From the NCBI GenBank assembly GCA_050916045.1, contig CP051526.1, forward strand, positions 1,664,001 through 1,728,000: 64,000 nt of DNA, in the 5' to 3' direction. Below the pieces are notes generated by a model that worked only from the letters and a program-made list of their open reading frames with translations, did no database searches and was not told the DNA's origin. Positions 10,414 to 21,584 of the stretch are shown here, piece after piece. The DNA comes from Tepidisphaera sp. GTDB taxonomy: Bacteria > Planctomycetota > Phycisphaerae > Phycisphaerales > UBA1924. Both the position numbers and the translations under genes were made by a program. Positions within the stretch are counted from its first letter, which is position 1; every line of letters begins with the position of its first letter.

Positions 10414-11076
10414 ATGCTTGAGATCGTCATCGCCACCTCCAACCCGCACAAGATCGAGGAAATGAACGCGATTTTCGCCGAGATCGCCCCGGGGCTTGCA
10501 CGGTTTCGGAGCCTCTCCGACGCATGCCCGGGGCTCACGCTGGTCGAGCCGGCGGAGACGGGCACGACGTTCGAAGCCAACGCGACGATCAAGGCTCTGT
10601 CGTACGCGGAGCAGACCGAATTGCTCTGTCTTGCGGACGATTCGGGGCTTGAGATCGACGCTTTGGGGGGCAAGCCCGGGGTGATCAGCAGCCACTATTC
10701 GACCGACGGGCGCGAGACGGGCCTGTCGCGTGCCGAACGCGACCAGGCGAACAACACGCGGGTGCTGCGCGAGCTTGAAACCGTTCCAGACGAGCGCCGC
10801 GGGGCGCGATTTGTCTGTTTGATGGTTCTGGCCGGGGCTCAAGGTGGCAAGAAACCCTCCATCTTGACATCGGCACGAGGGACGTTCGAGGGTCGCATGG
10901 CTCGCAAGGCGAGCGGCGGGGGCGGGTTCGGCTATGACCCGCTTTTCCTTGTCGGACCGGACTTCACGCGATCTTCGGCGGAATTGAGCGCGGCGGAGAA
11001 GAACAAGCTGAGTCATCGCGGAGCCGCCGCCCGATCGCTCATCAAAGCGATCGGCGGGATGGCCCATCTCGGCTAA
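10414..11076 (+). CDS. rdgB: Non-canonical purine NTP pyrophosphatase (RdgB/HAM1)
   Basis: ATSNPHK, ETGTTFEANA.IKA, LADDSGL, GFGYDPLF, KNKLSHRG motifs. Confidence 0.93.
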   Translation: MLEIVIATSNPHKIEEMNAIFAEIAPGLARFRSLSDACPGLTLVEPAETGTTFEANATIKALSYAEQTELLCLADDSGLEIDALGGKPGVISSHYSTDGRETGLSRAERDQANNTRVLRELETVPDERRGARFVCLMVLAGAQGGKKPSILTSARGTFEGRMARKASGGGGFGYDPLFLVGPDFTRSSAELSAAEKNKLSHRGAAARSLIKAIGGMAHLG

Positions 11077-11107
11077 GATCCCGTATTCCCTTCTTGGAGG
11101 TGCGGAT

Positions 11108-12430
11108 ATGCGTCTGTCTCGGATCGTGCTGGTTGTCGCGGCGTTTCTTTCGATGTCCTTCTGGCTGGCAAGCTCCGCCGTCGCGGACATCGTGTACCTG
11201 TCGGACGGAACATGGATCCGCGGCACGATCCTGAAGGAAACCAAGGACGATCTCGAGATCGACGGCAAGACCAACACCGGGATCACGATCAAAGCCACCA
11301 TCCAAAAGTCGCGGGTCTCTTCCATTCTCCGCACCGACACTCCTGCGGAAGCGCCCGCCAAGGACGGCACGCCCGCGACCGGCGAGCCCAAGACCGACAA
11401 GCCCGCTTCGAAGGATGGCGACAAGACCGACGAGAAAGCCGCCGCCAAAGCCGGTGACTTCCTCGTGATTCCGCTCACGGGCACCTTCGGCGAAGACATC
11501 GTCCCGATGGGCGTCAAGCCCTCGCTCGAATGGGCCGTCAAGAACAAGGTCAAGCACATCGTCTTCACGATCGATTCCGACGGCGGGCAGGTCTGGGCCG
11601 CCGAAGCCATCCGCGACATGATGGTCAAGCACGAGAACGACCTCACCTACCACATGGTGATCAAGAAAGCGATGAGCGCATCGATCTGGGTGGTCTTCAC
11701 CAGCCATCGAATCGCGGCTCTGCCGGCTTCCACGCTCGGCGCGGCCGTCGCGTTCTCCCGCAACACCACAGGGGAAGCCGAGGTTGACGAGAAGCTCAAT
11801 TCCGCGCTGGCGGCGCGGCTCGCGTCCGCGGCCGAAGCCCGCGGACACTCCGGCCACCTCGTGCGGGCCATGATCCTGACCAAGTACGACCTCTTTGCCG
11901 CCAAGAGCGAGGACGGCAAGTGGCGCATCGTTCACGACCGGCCGAACAACGGGCAGGTCGAGACGCTGAGCGACGGCACCCGGGTCGTCACGCTGACCGC
12001 CGATGAGATGGATCGGTACGGCGTGGCGTCCAAGCTCGCGTCGGGAGCGGACAAGGACGTCGCCAAGTGGCTCGGCGACGACAAGCTTGTTTCCAGCGGT
12101 AATCGCGGCGAGATCGCGATGAAGAAAGCCGTCAGCGAGACCAAATCCGTCGCCAAGCAGATTGAGAACTGGGCGAATCAGGTCGTCGAAGCCGACGCCG
12201 CGATGCAGCAAGCCGTCAAGGCAGACGATGTCGACGCCGCGATCCGGGCCGTCGAGGACTACCTGCGGCAGGTCCGCAAGGTCGGCGCCCTGCGGAACAA
12301 AGCAGAGTCTTTGAACATGGCCGCGTACCCGGCTTTCAAGCGCATCGATGTCGAGAAGGACGTCAAGAACGCCGAGGATGCGCTCTCCCAACTCCGCAAT
12401 CTCAAGCGTCAGCGTCAGGGCGGACGGTAA
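11108..12430 (+). CDS. Secreted protein with an NfeD/ClpP-crotonase-like (S49-type) domain and helical C-terminus
   Basis: Signal peptide ending AVA; IDSDGG...AMSAS...STLGAA resembles the NfeD N-terminal protease pattern. Confidence 0.6.
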   Translation: MRLSRIVLVVAAFLSMSFWLASSAVADIVYLSDGTWIRGTILKETKDDLEIDGKTNTGITIKATIQKSRVSSILRTDTPAEAPAKDGTPATGEPKTDKPASKDGDKTDEKAAAKAGDFLVIPLTGTFGEDIVPMGVKPSLEWAVKNKVKHIVFTIDSDGGQVWAAEAIRDMMVKHENDLTYHMVIKKAMSASIWVVFTSHRIAALPASTLGAAVAFSRNTTGEAEVDEKLNSALAARLASAAEARGHSGHLVRAMILTKYDLFAAKSEDGKWRIVHDRPNNGQVETLSDGTRVVTLTADEMDRYGVASKLASGADKDVAKWLGDDKLVSSGNRGEIAMKKAVSETKSVAKQIENWANQVVEADAAMQQAVKADDVDAAIRAVEDYLRQVRKVGALRNKAESLNMAAYPAFKRIDVEKDVKNAEDALSQLRNLKRQRQGGR

Positions 12431-12441
12431 CGCGCGGCCGT

Positions 12442-13212
12442 TTACGCGTGGATCCGGATGATCCCGTCGGCGGCGTTCAGCTCCGGCAGAATGGGCATCG
12501 AGTCCATCGCGCAGCACACCGAAAGGTCATCCGCCAACCCCAGGCTGGCGAGACCGCGACCTCCGCGTGATTCCCGCATCGCGTCCGCAAGCTTGCCCGA
12601 ATGCACGCCGCTCCACGCGAGCAGAGCGACGCGCCCCGAGTCGTTGGTGACGTGGGCCCTGCCTGCACGCGTCAGTTGCTCGACCATCGCGCCCGCCGGC
12701 AGGATGTCATCGAGCCCCACATCCTCGCGCGTGCCGCAGCAGAGCAGGTGCACCGGTCGCGGGTCGTGCGCGACCGCTTGGCAGACGGCGGATAGGTTGA
12801 CGAACGAACCGATGAGCACGCGCGCGGCAAGCCTGCTCTTGATGATGGCGGCGGTGCCGTTGGCGGTGGTGAAGATGACGGGGCGTCCGGCGACCGCGGC
12901 CCGCGTGTAGGCCCGGGGCGAGTTGTCGAGGTCGAACCCGGGGATGAGCACGCCGCCGCGCTCGCCACCCAGAAGGCAGCCCGGGTGCGAGGAGCGGGCT
13001 TCCAGCGCCGCTTCGACGGTGAGCGTGGGGACGACGCACGTCGCGCCGCTAAAGAGCGCCGCGGTCATGGTCACGCTGGCTCGCAGGTTGTCGATGACGA
13101 CCACGACCCCGCCCGCGAGGGTCTCGGCGGAAACAAAGTCCGCGTGGAGGTGCACGTGGAGCGGGCGGTCGATCTTGACGGCGGCGAGGGGTTTGAGATC
13201 GGGTGCGGGCAT
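12442..13212 (-). CDS. comB: 2-phosphosulfolactate phosphatase family protein
   Basis: VVIDNLRAS, GERGG...GFDLDNSP, TTANGT motifs. Confidence 0.88.
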   Translation of the reverse strand: MPAPDLKPLAAVKIDRPLHVHLHADFVSAETLAGGVVVVIDNLRASVTMTAALFSGATCVVPTLTVEAALEARSSHPGCLLGGERGGVLIPGFDLDNSPRAYTRAAVAGRPVIFTTANGTAAIIKSRLAARVLIGSFVNLSAVCQAVAHDPRPVHLLCCGTREDVGLDDILPAGAMVEQLTRAGRAHVTNDSGRVALLAWSGVHSGKLADAMRESRGGRGLASLGLADDLSVCCAMDSMPILPELNAADGIIRIHA

Positions 13213-13239
13213 GGGACGCGATCGTAATCCGCCCGAACG

Positions 13240-15522
13240 TCACTGCGGCGGCGCGGGCGTCAATGTCGTCTGCTTCACCGCTTGGGCCCGCACGGCCGGC
13301 AGCGTCATCGGAACCTTGTAAAGCTTGCCCTCACGCCACGCGTCCGCTTGATCGAGGAAGTTCTCGCTGCCAAGCCATCCGTCCTGGCCCGCGAGGATGA
13401 CGACGTAGTTGCCGTCCGGGTCGGCGAGGTCCACGATGTGCCGCGCGTTGGCACCGTAGGTCACGCGGTGCGGCTCGTTCGTGATCGATGCGGCGGACTT
13501 GAGTACGGTGGTGGAGGAGCCGGGCACGGCGAACTCGTTGAACCGGTAGGGCCCGCCGATCACCGGGGCGGCGCCGATCCAGTGCGACAGACGGAGCTTG
13601 TGCAGGTCGCCCCAGACCTTCGGGCCCGCGTCCTTGTTCATGTCGCTCGCGGCGAGCTCGAGGGCTTTGGGCAGAGCGGCGTCGAACGATCCCGAGCGTG
13701 CGTCCTCGGTGAGGAACGAGATCGCCGCCGACGACCCCCGAAGCGCCTCGACGATCTTGGGACTGAAGCGGTCCTTGTACGCTTGCGTCGTGAGGTGGAA
13801 AGCGACAAGCTGGAGGACCAACGCGCCGCGAGAGTCCGTCGCGTACCGGCCGTCCCACGCCCGAAGGTCCGCCAGAAGCGGATGATTCACCGCGACCGAA
13901 TCGCTCCGCGTGATGAGAGCCTGCGCCAGGGCGAGCGAAGCCGCGGAGAACGTGTCCAACTGGAATCGAGCGGCGTCGTCCACCGTCAGCGGGCTGGTCG
14001 AATCCGTGATCAGCGAAGCCAGGCGGTCGTACCGATCGTTCGCGTTGCCCGCGAGCACCATCGCCGGGTCCGACCGCACCGGCGTGTTGTTTGTCGAGAC
14101 CAGAAAGCCTGAGTTCGGATTGTGCGAGGCGGGAAGGCGGTCGCTCGGCACGGCCGGGCCCCACCGATGGTCCGGGTTGTCCGGGTCGGCGAGCGGAAGC
14201 TTGGCCGTCAGCCCGGCTGCGGGCTGGAACTCGTACGCGAGCACATGGCCGATGTCGCCGCCGCGTCCCGCGAAGAGCATGTTCTGGCCCGAGACGGCGT
14301 AAGGCGCGAACGCATCGCGGAACTCCTGCCAGTTGGTCGCGCGGCCCGCGTCGAAGAACGCTTCGAGCTCACGGCTTGCCTCATGCCCGCGCCACCGCAG
14401 CGCGATCGGACGCTTGACCTTGCCCTCGAGCGGGCCGACTTCGGAGATGATCGGGCCAAGCGGCGTTTCCCGGATCGTGCGCGTGGCGGGGAACCAAAGC
14501 CGGCGGCCGATCGTCACCTCGCGCTCGCGGATCTGTTCCTTCGGAACCTTCGAAGCGTCGAAGATCGCCGAAGAGATCCCCTGCATGTTCGTCCCGCCCC
14601 ACGCGATGTCACGGTTGCGTCCCAGCAGCACGAAAGGCAGGCCCGGAATCGTGAACCCCGCCGAGTGAAGGCCCGGGCTCTGATATCCGACGTAGCACCA
14701 CAGCGCCGGAAGGTTGAAGCCCACGTGCGGGTCGTTCGCGAGGATCGGGAACCCCGAAGCCGTCCGCGAGCCCGAAATCGCGAAACTGTTACTCCCTGTC
14801 TTGCCAAGACCCGCGAGCAGCCGCACCGGACCCTCGCCGCCGAAGCTGGGCGTCGCTTCGCCCGCGATGCCGAGCATCCGCCGCCAATACTCATCAAAAC
14901 CCTTTTCTTCGTGGAGCATCATCCACGAAAAGAACGCGCCCCACGTGATGTCGATCGAAGCCAAGCGGCTGAGCGTGATGACATCGCGGACCGTCCACGG
15001 CTCGGGATCGATCGCGAGGACCCGCATCTCCACCGGAAGCTCGCGGACCTGCGAAACGTGATGGTTCAAGCCCTCCACGTACCGCTGCACCCAAGCGAGG
15101 ACATCCGGACGCATCGAGCGTTCGATCTCCGCCGCGGCTTTGGGGAAGTCGATGGCACGCAGGGCGTGGTCGATGTCGACGGCTTGCGGGAATGGACCGG
15201 CGGACTCGGCCAAGCGACCCTGGGAGATGCGGCGGAGCATCGACATCTGCCCCAGCCGCAGGTGAGCGTGCACCACGCCCAGGGCAAAGGGGACATCGCG
15301 GTCGTCGGCGGCTTCGATGAACGGGAACTGCCGAGCGTCCCAGTGAATCGTGACGGGGGCGTGGACCGATGCGGTGCCTGCGGGAAAGGCATCGAGGCGC
15401 GAAGGTGTGGCCACCGAGTTGGCCGGGGGCGGGGGCGAGAAACACCCGCCGATGCCGACAGAGATCGAGGCCCCGACGAGCGCGAGGAGGGGCGAAACGG
15501 TGGTGGAGGAAATCAAACGCAT
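13240..15522 (-). CDS. Penicillin acylase family (Ntn hydrolase), probable lipoprotein
   Basis: GSNSFAISG nucleophile site, LANDPH, GRNRDIAWGGTN; N-terminal hydrophobic stretch ending GGC. Confidence 0.9.
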   Translation of the reverse strand: MRLISSTTVSPLLALVGASISVGIGGCFSPPPPANSVATPSRLDAFPAGTASVHAPVTIHWDARQFPFIEAADDRDVPFALGVVHAHLRLGQMSMLRRISQGRLAESAGPFPQAVDIDHALRAIDFPKAAAEIERSMRPDVLAWVQRYVEGLNHHVSQVRELPVEMRVLAIDPEPWTVRDVITLSRLASIDITWGAFFSWMMLHEEKGFDEYWRRMLGIAGEATPSFGGEGPVRLLAGLGKTGSNSFAISGSRTASGFPILANDPHVGFNLPALWCYVGYQSPGLHSAGFTIPGLPFVLLGRNRDIAWGGTNMQGISSAIFDASKVPKEQIREREVTIGRRLWFPATRTIRETPLGPIISEVGPLEGKVKRPIALRWRGHEASRELEAFFDAGRATNWQEFRDAFAPYAVSGQNMLFAGRGGDIGHVLAYEFQPAAGLTAKLPLADPDNPDHRWGPAVPSDRLPASHNPNSGFLVSTNNTPVRSDPAMVLAGNANDRYDRLASLITDSTSPLTVDDAARFQLDTFSAASLALAQALITRSDSVAVNHPLLADLRAWDGRYATDSRGALVLQLVAFHLTTQAYKDRFSPKIVEALRGSSAAISFLTEDARSGSFDAALPKALELAASDMNKDAGPKVWGDLHKLRLSHWIGAAPVIGGPYRFNEFAVPGSSTTVLKSAASITNEPHRVTYGANARHIVDLADPDGNYVVILAGQDGWLGSENFLDQADAWREGKLYKVPMTLPAVRAQAVKQTTLTPAPPQ

Positions 15523-15660
15523 GGGTCGGAGCTGGCAATCCTACGGCGTGCGGGCATCGGGGCGGGCGGTGCCGCCGCTCATGGTCGTTTCGTTTGGCGG
15601 GCGGCGTGGATTCAAAGTGGTCGAAGAAGATCCGGACCGGCGGAGGCGCTGGGCGCAAGA

Positions 15661-15693
15661 AAGAGCCCACGGGTTGGAACCCGTGGGCTTCTT
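15661..15693 (-). terminator. Hairpin downstream of dnaK, probable intrinsic terminator
   Basis: gcccacgggtt-gg-aacccgtgggc perfect inverted repeat with T-rich tail (tctttctt) on the minus strand. Confidence 0.75.
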
Positions 15694-15716
15694 GGACTTC
15701 GTCGGTTCGAGAGGGT

Positions 15717-17723
<2,007 letters not shown>

Positions 17724-18393
17724 TCAGGACCGCCAGACACCCCCGCTCGAGGCTTAGGAAGGCTCCCGGCAGGCCCCCAGCGGGCTCCCCACGAACGGGA
17801 TCGCGGCCCGGGGGCGGAAGAGCGGGCGGGCGGCTGCCAAGGTGGCAGGGGGGGGTGAGGGTGGGGGAGAGTCCGGCCGGACCCGGGGCCGAGAAAAGGC
17901 GTAATGGTCGAACTCCGGTCGCCGCGATTCGAATTCGCCCCCGTCACGCCGGACGAATCGCAGGGTACCCGGTGGGCGGCAGTCCGGTCTGGAGTCCATA
18001 AACGTTCAGCCTATAGGGCAGGTCGTGGCAGCCCCGCCTTGCGATACACTCGGCCGAATGCCGCTGAAGGAGGCTTGCCCAACCCGATGGGAGGAGCGCA
18101 GTCTTGCCACCTGCCTCACTTCGTTCCCGACGCGAGTTGGCACGCACATTGGTCTGACTCATCCCTAAAGGAGTAATGCCACCCGCCGGGTAGAATCGGG
18201 CATGGACAGGGCAATCGATCTTGTCGTGGCTTCGGGGGCGACTGGCTGATCGCTAAGCCGCACTTCGCCAGAGAGACGACCAAACCCTCTTGCGTCAGCC
18301 AACGCTTGAGGTTTTTTCATTTGGGCGGAACTCAGGCGGAAGCTGAGGCTCAGGCGCAGGACCTTTAGACAGTTCTGGATGTCTTGAACCGGC

Positions 18394-19560
18394 ATGGTCG
18401 CAGTAGTCGCACTTGACCAATACCAATCCGTTTCTTCGCTCAAGGATGGTGTGGGAGGTAAACTTTTGGCATTTGCCCATGCAGGGAAAAAACTCCCGCT
18501 CGGGCCGAATCCAGGTGTTCGCTTTCTTCCTTGGCATGGGAGAAGGATACACTGCCGAATGGGACCAGATTTGAACGACATTTGGAACCGAGCGAGGGAC
18601 ATTCGCAGCGAATCAGGCTTTGAGAAGCTACCGCTGTTTCATAAGGCGATGTGCGGAGAATGCAAAGCCATTCTTTCCGATGGCGGACGAGCCCACTACA
18701 TGCCGTTCGACGAATCGCAGAGAATCAGCCTCGTCACCCAACCAGTCATGTTTGATAACGGCGCGGCAACTGAGTTGTTGGGCGTCTGGGTTGCGCGTGA
18801 GTTGAGGCGTCAAGGAGTTGGAACTCGCTTCCTTAAGACTGTCGCTCGAATCGCTGACGAAACCGGCGAACGTCTGTTTGTTCGGCCCTTTTTCGCGAAC
18901 GATAGAACGGTTGAGGATGCGGCGATTCAGGAGTGGGTTGAGCGGTTGGGCTTTGTCCACTTCGGATATGGCTCTGAACTCGCCGAGAGAAAGTTCTTTC
19001 GGCCTCCTCTTCTCGCTAAGGGAACTGAGGCGGATGAACGAGAGCAGGAGAAGGTACAGAAATACGGACCCGTCGAGGTAAGTGATTGGTCAAGGCCAAT
19101 GGTCTTTTACCGGAGCGATACAACACCTCGCACTGTTGCCCAAATTGAGCAAGAACTTCGGATTGCCAAAGCCGACGCTGTTCAGCCGATTCCTGAATGT
19201 TCTATGCCTTATCGCTGGTGCTACCAGAATGTTGAACGCGTTGTAAGGGAGAGAGGGGGAGAGTTGGTATTGGGTTGGCAGGTGACAAAGAACGGGATTC
19301 AGGGTAGGGGCGTCGAAATGGAATCCCATTCTATTTGGCGTAATCCACAAGGACAGCTTGTAGAAGTAACGAAAGGGCGTCCTGGATGGTTATTCGCTCC
19401 CTCTCCAAACGTCGTAAAGAACGAGCGGACGGCTATGTTGACGGTTCAAGAGGACACCGTGTTAGCCTTGAAAGTGAGCTATGCGAAGCAGCATGTGGTG
19501 GCCTTTAAGAATCCGCTTGTCCTTGAACCCGGCAAGCAGCGATTCAAGAAAAGGAAGTAG
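18394..19560 (+). CDS. Hypothetical protein: GNAT-like domain plus putative Cys/His (papain/transglutaminase-like) domain
   Basis: WVARELRRQGVGTRFL acetyl-CoA-binding motif A; C-terminal WCYQNV..GG..VLGW..ESHSIW..G..VEVT. Visibly more AT-rich than neighbours. Start may be 18559. Confidence 0.6.
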   Translation: MVAVVALDQYQSVSSLKDGVGGKLLAFAHAGKKLPLGPNPGVRFLPWHGRRIHCRMGPDLNDIWNRARDIRSESGFEKLPLFHKAMCGECKAILSDGGRAHYMPFDESQRISLVTQPVMFDNGAATELLGVWVARELRRQGVGTRFLKTVARIADETGERLFVRPFFANDRTVEDAAIQEWVERLGFVHFGYGSELAERKFFRPPLLAKGTEADEREQEKVQKYGPVEVSDWSRPMVFYRSDTTPRTVAQIEQELRIAKADAVQPIPECSMPYRWCYQNVERVVRERGGELVLGWQVTKNGIQGRGVEMESHSIWRNPQGQLVEVTKGRPGWLFAPSPNVVKNERTAMLTVQEDTVLALKVSYAKQHVVAFKNPLVLEPGKQRFKKRK

Positions 19561-19724
19561 TGGTGGATTCCCGGCGGGTGGCACGACTGTGGTCGTTTTG
19601 TGGGTGCGTGTAGGGCTCGTTGATCGGAGTTGGTCTTCGGCAGGTGGCACCGATGGCGGAGACGATCGGTGCCACGGGTGATGGCGTGCGAGCGGTGCCA
19701 CGGTCACCGTCAGCGATCGGTGTC

Positions 19725-21359
19725 TCATGTCGCGTCGCAGGCTGCGCTGACCTGGTCCCACGAGAGGTCGAACCGGGCGAGGTATTTGCGGAGGCGGTCG
19801 GCGTCGTTCGGGCTTGCTTTCTTGAGGCGGGATTGGGCGAAGAGGGCGCGGCCCGCATCCGAGAGCGAGCGGCTTTGCTGGCAGACGCGGAGGACCTCCG
19901 CGAGCTGCACGCGGTCGAAGCGGTCGAGGCTTGCGGCGGCCGCGGGGCCGAGGAGCGTGTCGCAGGGGTCGGGGTCGGCGCTGTCTGTCGCGGGTTTGGG
20001 CGTCCACGCGCGGCTCAGGCGGGCGATCTCGGCTTCGGCGGTGTCGAGCGTGATGCGGCCGGAGGCGGAGAGGGTCGCCATGCGGGTGACGGACGCGGAG
20101 AGATCGCGGAAATTGCCGGACCACGGAGCGGCGGGGCTCATCGCGAAGTCGAGGTAGCGGGAACGGGCTTCGGCGTTGAAACGGACGGTGCGGCCGGAGC
20201 GCTTCGCGAACTGCTCGAGTTCGTAGTCGAGGTTGGGCTCGATGTCCTCGCGGCGGTCCTTGAGAGCGGGGAGGTGGAACGTCCAGAGGTTGATGCGGGC
20301 GAGCAGATCCTCGCGGAACGCTCCCTCGCGGGCCCGGGCGAAGAGGTCGCGGTTGGTGCCGGCGATGAGCTGGAAGTTGCTGGTGGATTCCGTGTCCGAG
20401 CCGAGCGGGAGGAACCGCTTCTCTTCGACAGCGCGGAGGAGCATGGCTTGCTCATCGAGGCCGAGCTCCCCGATCTCATCGAGGAAGAGCAAGCCGTCGT
20501 GGGCGGTGCGGAGCAGGCCTGTGCGGTCGGCTTGGGCGCCGGTGAAGGCGCCCTTGCGGTGGCCGAAGAGGGCGGACATAGCGGAATCGCCGCGGAGGGT
20601 CGCGCAGTTGACCTCGACGAAGGGGCCTTCGAGCTGGCGGCGGTGCTTCTTGAGCTCGTAGATGCGGCGGGCGAGCTGGCTTTTGCCCGCGCCGGTGGGG
20701 CCCATGAGGAGGAGGGGCTCGGTGGAGTGGGCCGCGACGTGCTCAAGCTCATCGATCAGGCGGTTGAAGCGGAGGCTCCGCGTGGGGATGCCGGACTTGA
20801 GGCTCGCGACGTTGTCGGAAAACTCGCGTTTGAAGCGGGACGCGATCGAGTCGTACTTGGAGAGGTCCAGGTCGATGATGCGGAACTCGCCGGCCGGGTC
20901 GCTCGCGTTGGGCTTGCCGCGGGCCCGGGGGCTGGTCTGGATGAGCTTGGCCGGGAAGCGCCGCGTCTCCGTCAGCATGAACAGGCAGATCTGAGCGACG
21001 TGGGTGCCGGTGGTGATATGGACGAGGTAGTCCTCGCGATCGGTGTCGAACGGGTACGCTGCGGCGAAGTCGTGGAGGACGGTGTAGACCTCTTCAAAGT
21101 CCCAGGGGTCGCGGGGGTCGGCGGGGTGGAGGCGGACCTCGGTCTCGGGGGAGACCAGGGCGATGTCGGCTTGGACCTGCTTGGCGAGGCTGGTGCCGCG
21201 GCGGGGGTAAAGAAGCTCGAGGCGGTGGATCGCAAGGTCCGGCTGCTGGCAGAGGGAGACGGTCGGGCGCCAACGCTCCCAGCGGTCGATGCCCCGACCG
21301 ACGTCGAGTGAGGTGCCGAGGAGGCCGAAGGCGACGGTTTGGCGAGAAACGCGACTCAT
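19725..21359 (-). CDS. rtcR: RNA-repair sigma-54-dependent activator RtcR
   Basis: RWERWRPTVSLCQ and DPWDFEEVY N-terminal domain, GPTGAGKS, GAFTGA, C-terminal NDADRLRKYLARF; divergent from rtcB. Confidence 0.95.
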   Translation of the reverse strand: MSRVSRQTVAFGLLGTSLDVGRGIDRWERWRPTVSLCQQPDLAIHRLELLYPRRGTSLAKQVQADIALVSPETEVRLHPADPRDPWDFEEVYTVLHDFAAAYPFDTDREDYLVHITTGTHVAQICLFMLTETRRFPAKLIQTSPRARGKPNASDPAGEFRIIDLDLSKYDSIASRFKREFSDNVASLKSGIPTRSLRFNRLIDELEHVAAHSTEPLLLMGPTGAGKSQLARRIYELKKHRRQLEGPFVEVNCATLRGDSAMSALFGHRKGAFTGAQADRTGLLRTAHDGLLFLDEIGELGLDEQAMLLRAVEEKRFLPLGSDTESTSNFQLIAGTNRDLFARAREGAFREDLLARINLWTFHLPALKDRREDIEPNLDYELEQFAKRSGRTVRFNAEARSRYLDFAMSPAAPWSGNFRDLSASVTRMATLSASGRITLDTAEAEIARLSRAWTPKPATDSADPDPCDTLLGPAAAASLDRFDRVQLAEVLRVCQQSRSLSDAGRALFAQSRLKKASPNDADRLRKYLARFDLSWDQVSAACDAT

Positions 21360-21360
21360 G

Positions 21361-21379
21361 GATAGGAGTTTATCCTATC
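21361..21379. promoter_or_regulatory. Palindrome, candidate RtcR upstream activating site
   Basis: GATAGGA-gttta-TCCTATC, about 70 bp upstream of the sigma-54 promoter and directly in front of the rtcR ATG. Confidence 0.55.
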
Positions 21380-21447
21380 GGCTAGTCTTTGGCGGGACTT
21401 GAGCGAGAGGGGTTGCGATTGGCGAGAATGGGGCGGGAAGCGGGGTT

Positions 21448-21463
21448 TGGCACGCCGCTCGCA
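21448..21463 (+). promoter_or_regulatory. Sigma-54 promoter of the rtcB operon
   Basis: TGGCAC-GCCGC-TCGCA with conserved GG and GC spacing, next to the rtcR activator gene. Confidence 0.85.
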
Positions 21464-21484
21464 TTGTGATCCTCGCCTCGAGCA

Positions 21485-21559
21485 CGGGCTTGCGGCGGGG
21501 AGGGGCTGGCGGCTGGATGAAACGACCATCCGTCACCCCTCCCCGCGGCGGCGAGCTCG
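21485..21559 (+). other. Long GC-rich hairpin in the rtcB leader
   Basis: cgggcttgc/gcgagctcg, gcggggagggg/cccctccccgc and tggcgg/ccgtca stems around loop atgaaacga. Confidence 0.6.
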
Positions 21560-21584
21560 GAAAGGCATTGAGAAAGGTGAGCCC

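Noticed and set aside
18138..18153. TGGCAC-GCACA-TTGGT as a sigma-54 promoter for the GNAT-like gene
   Set aside because: The -12 element reads GG instead of the conserved GC.
17900..18320. Possible ncRNA or riboswitch upstream of the GNAT-like gene
   Set aside because: Only imperfect pairings and a weak terminator-like hairpin near 18282-18317; no family recognised by eye.
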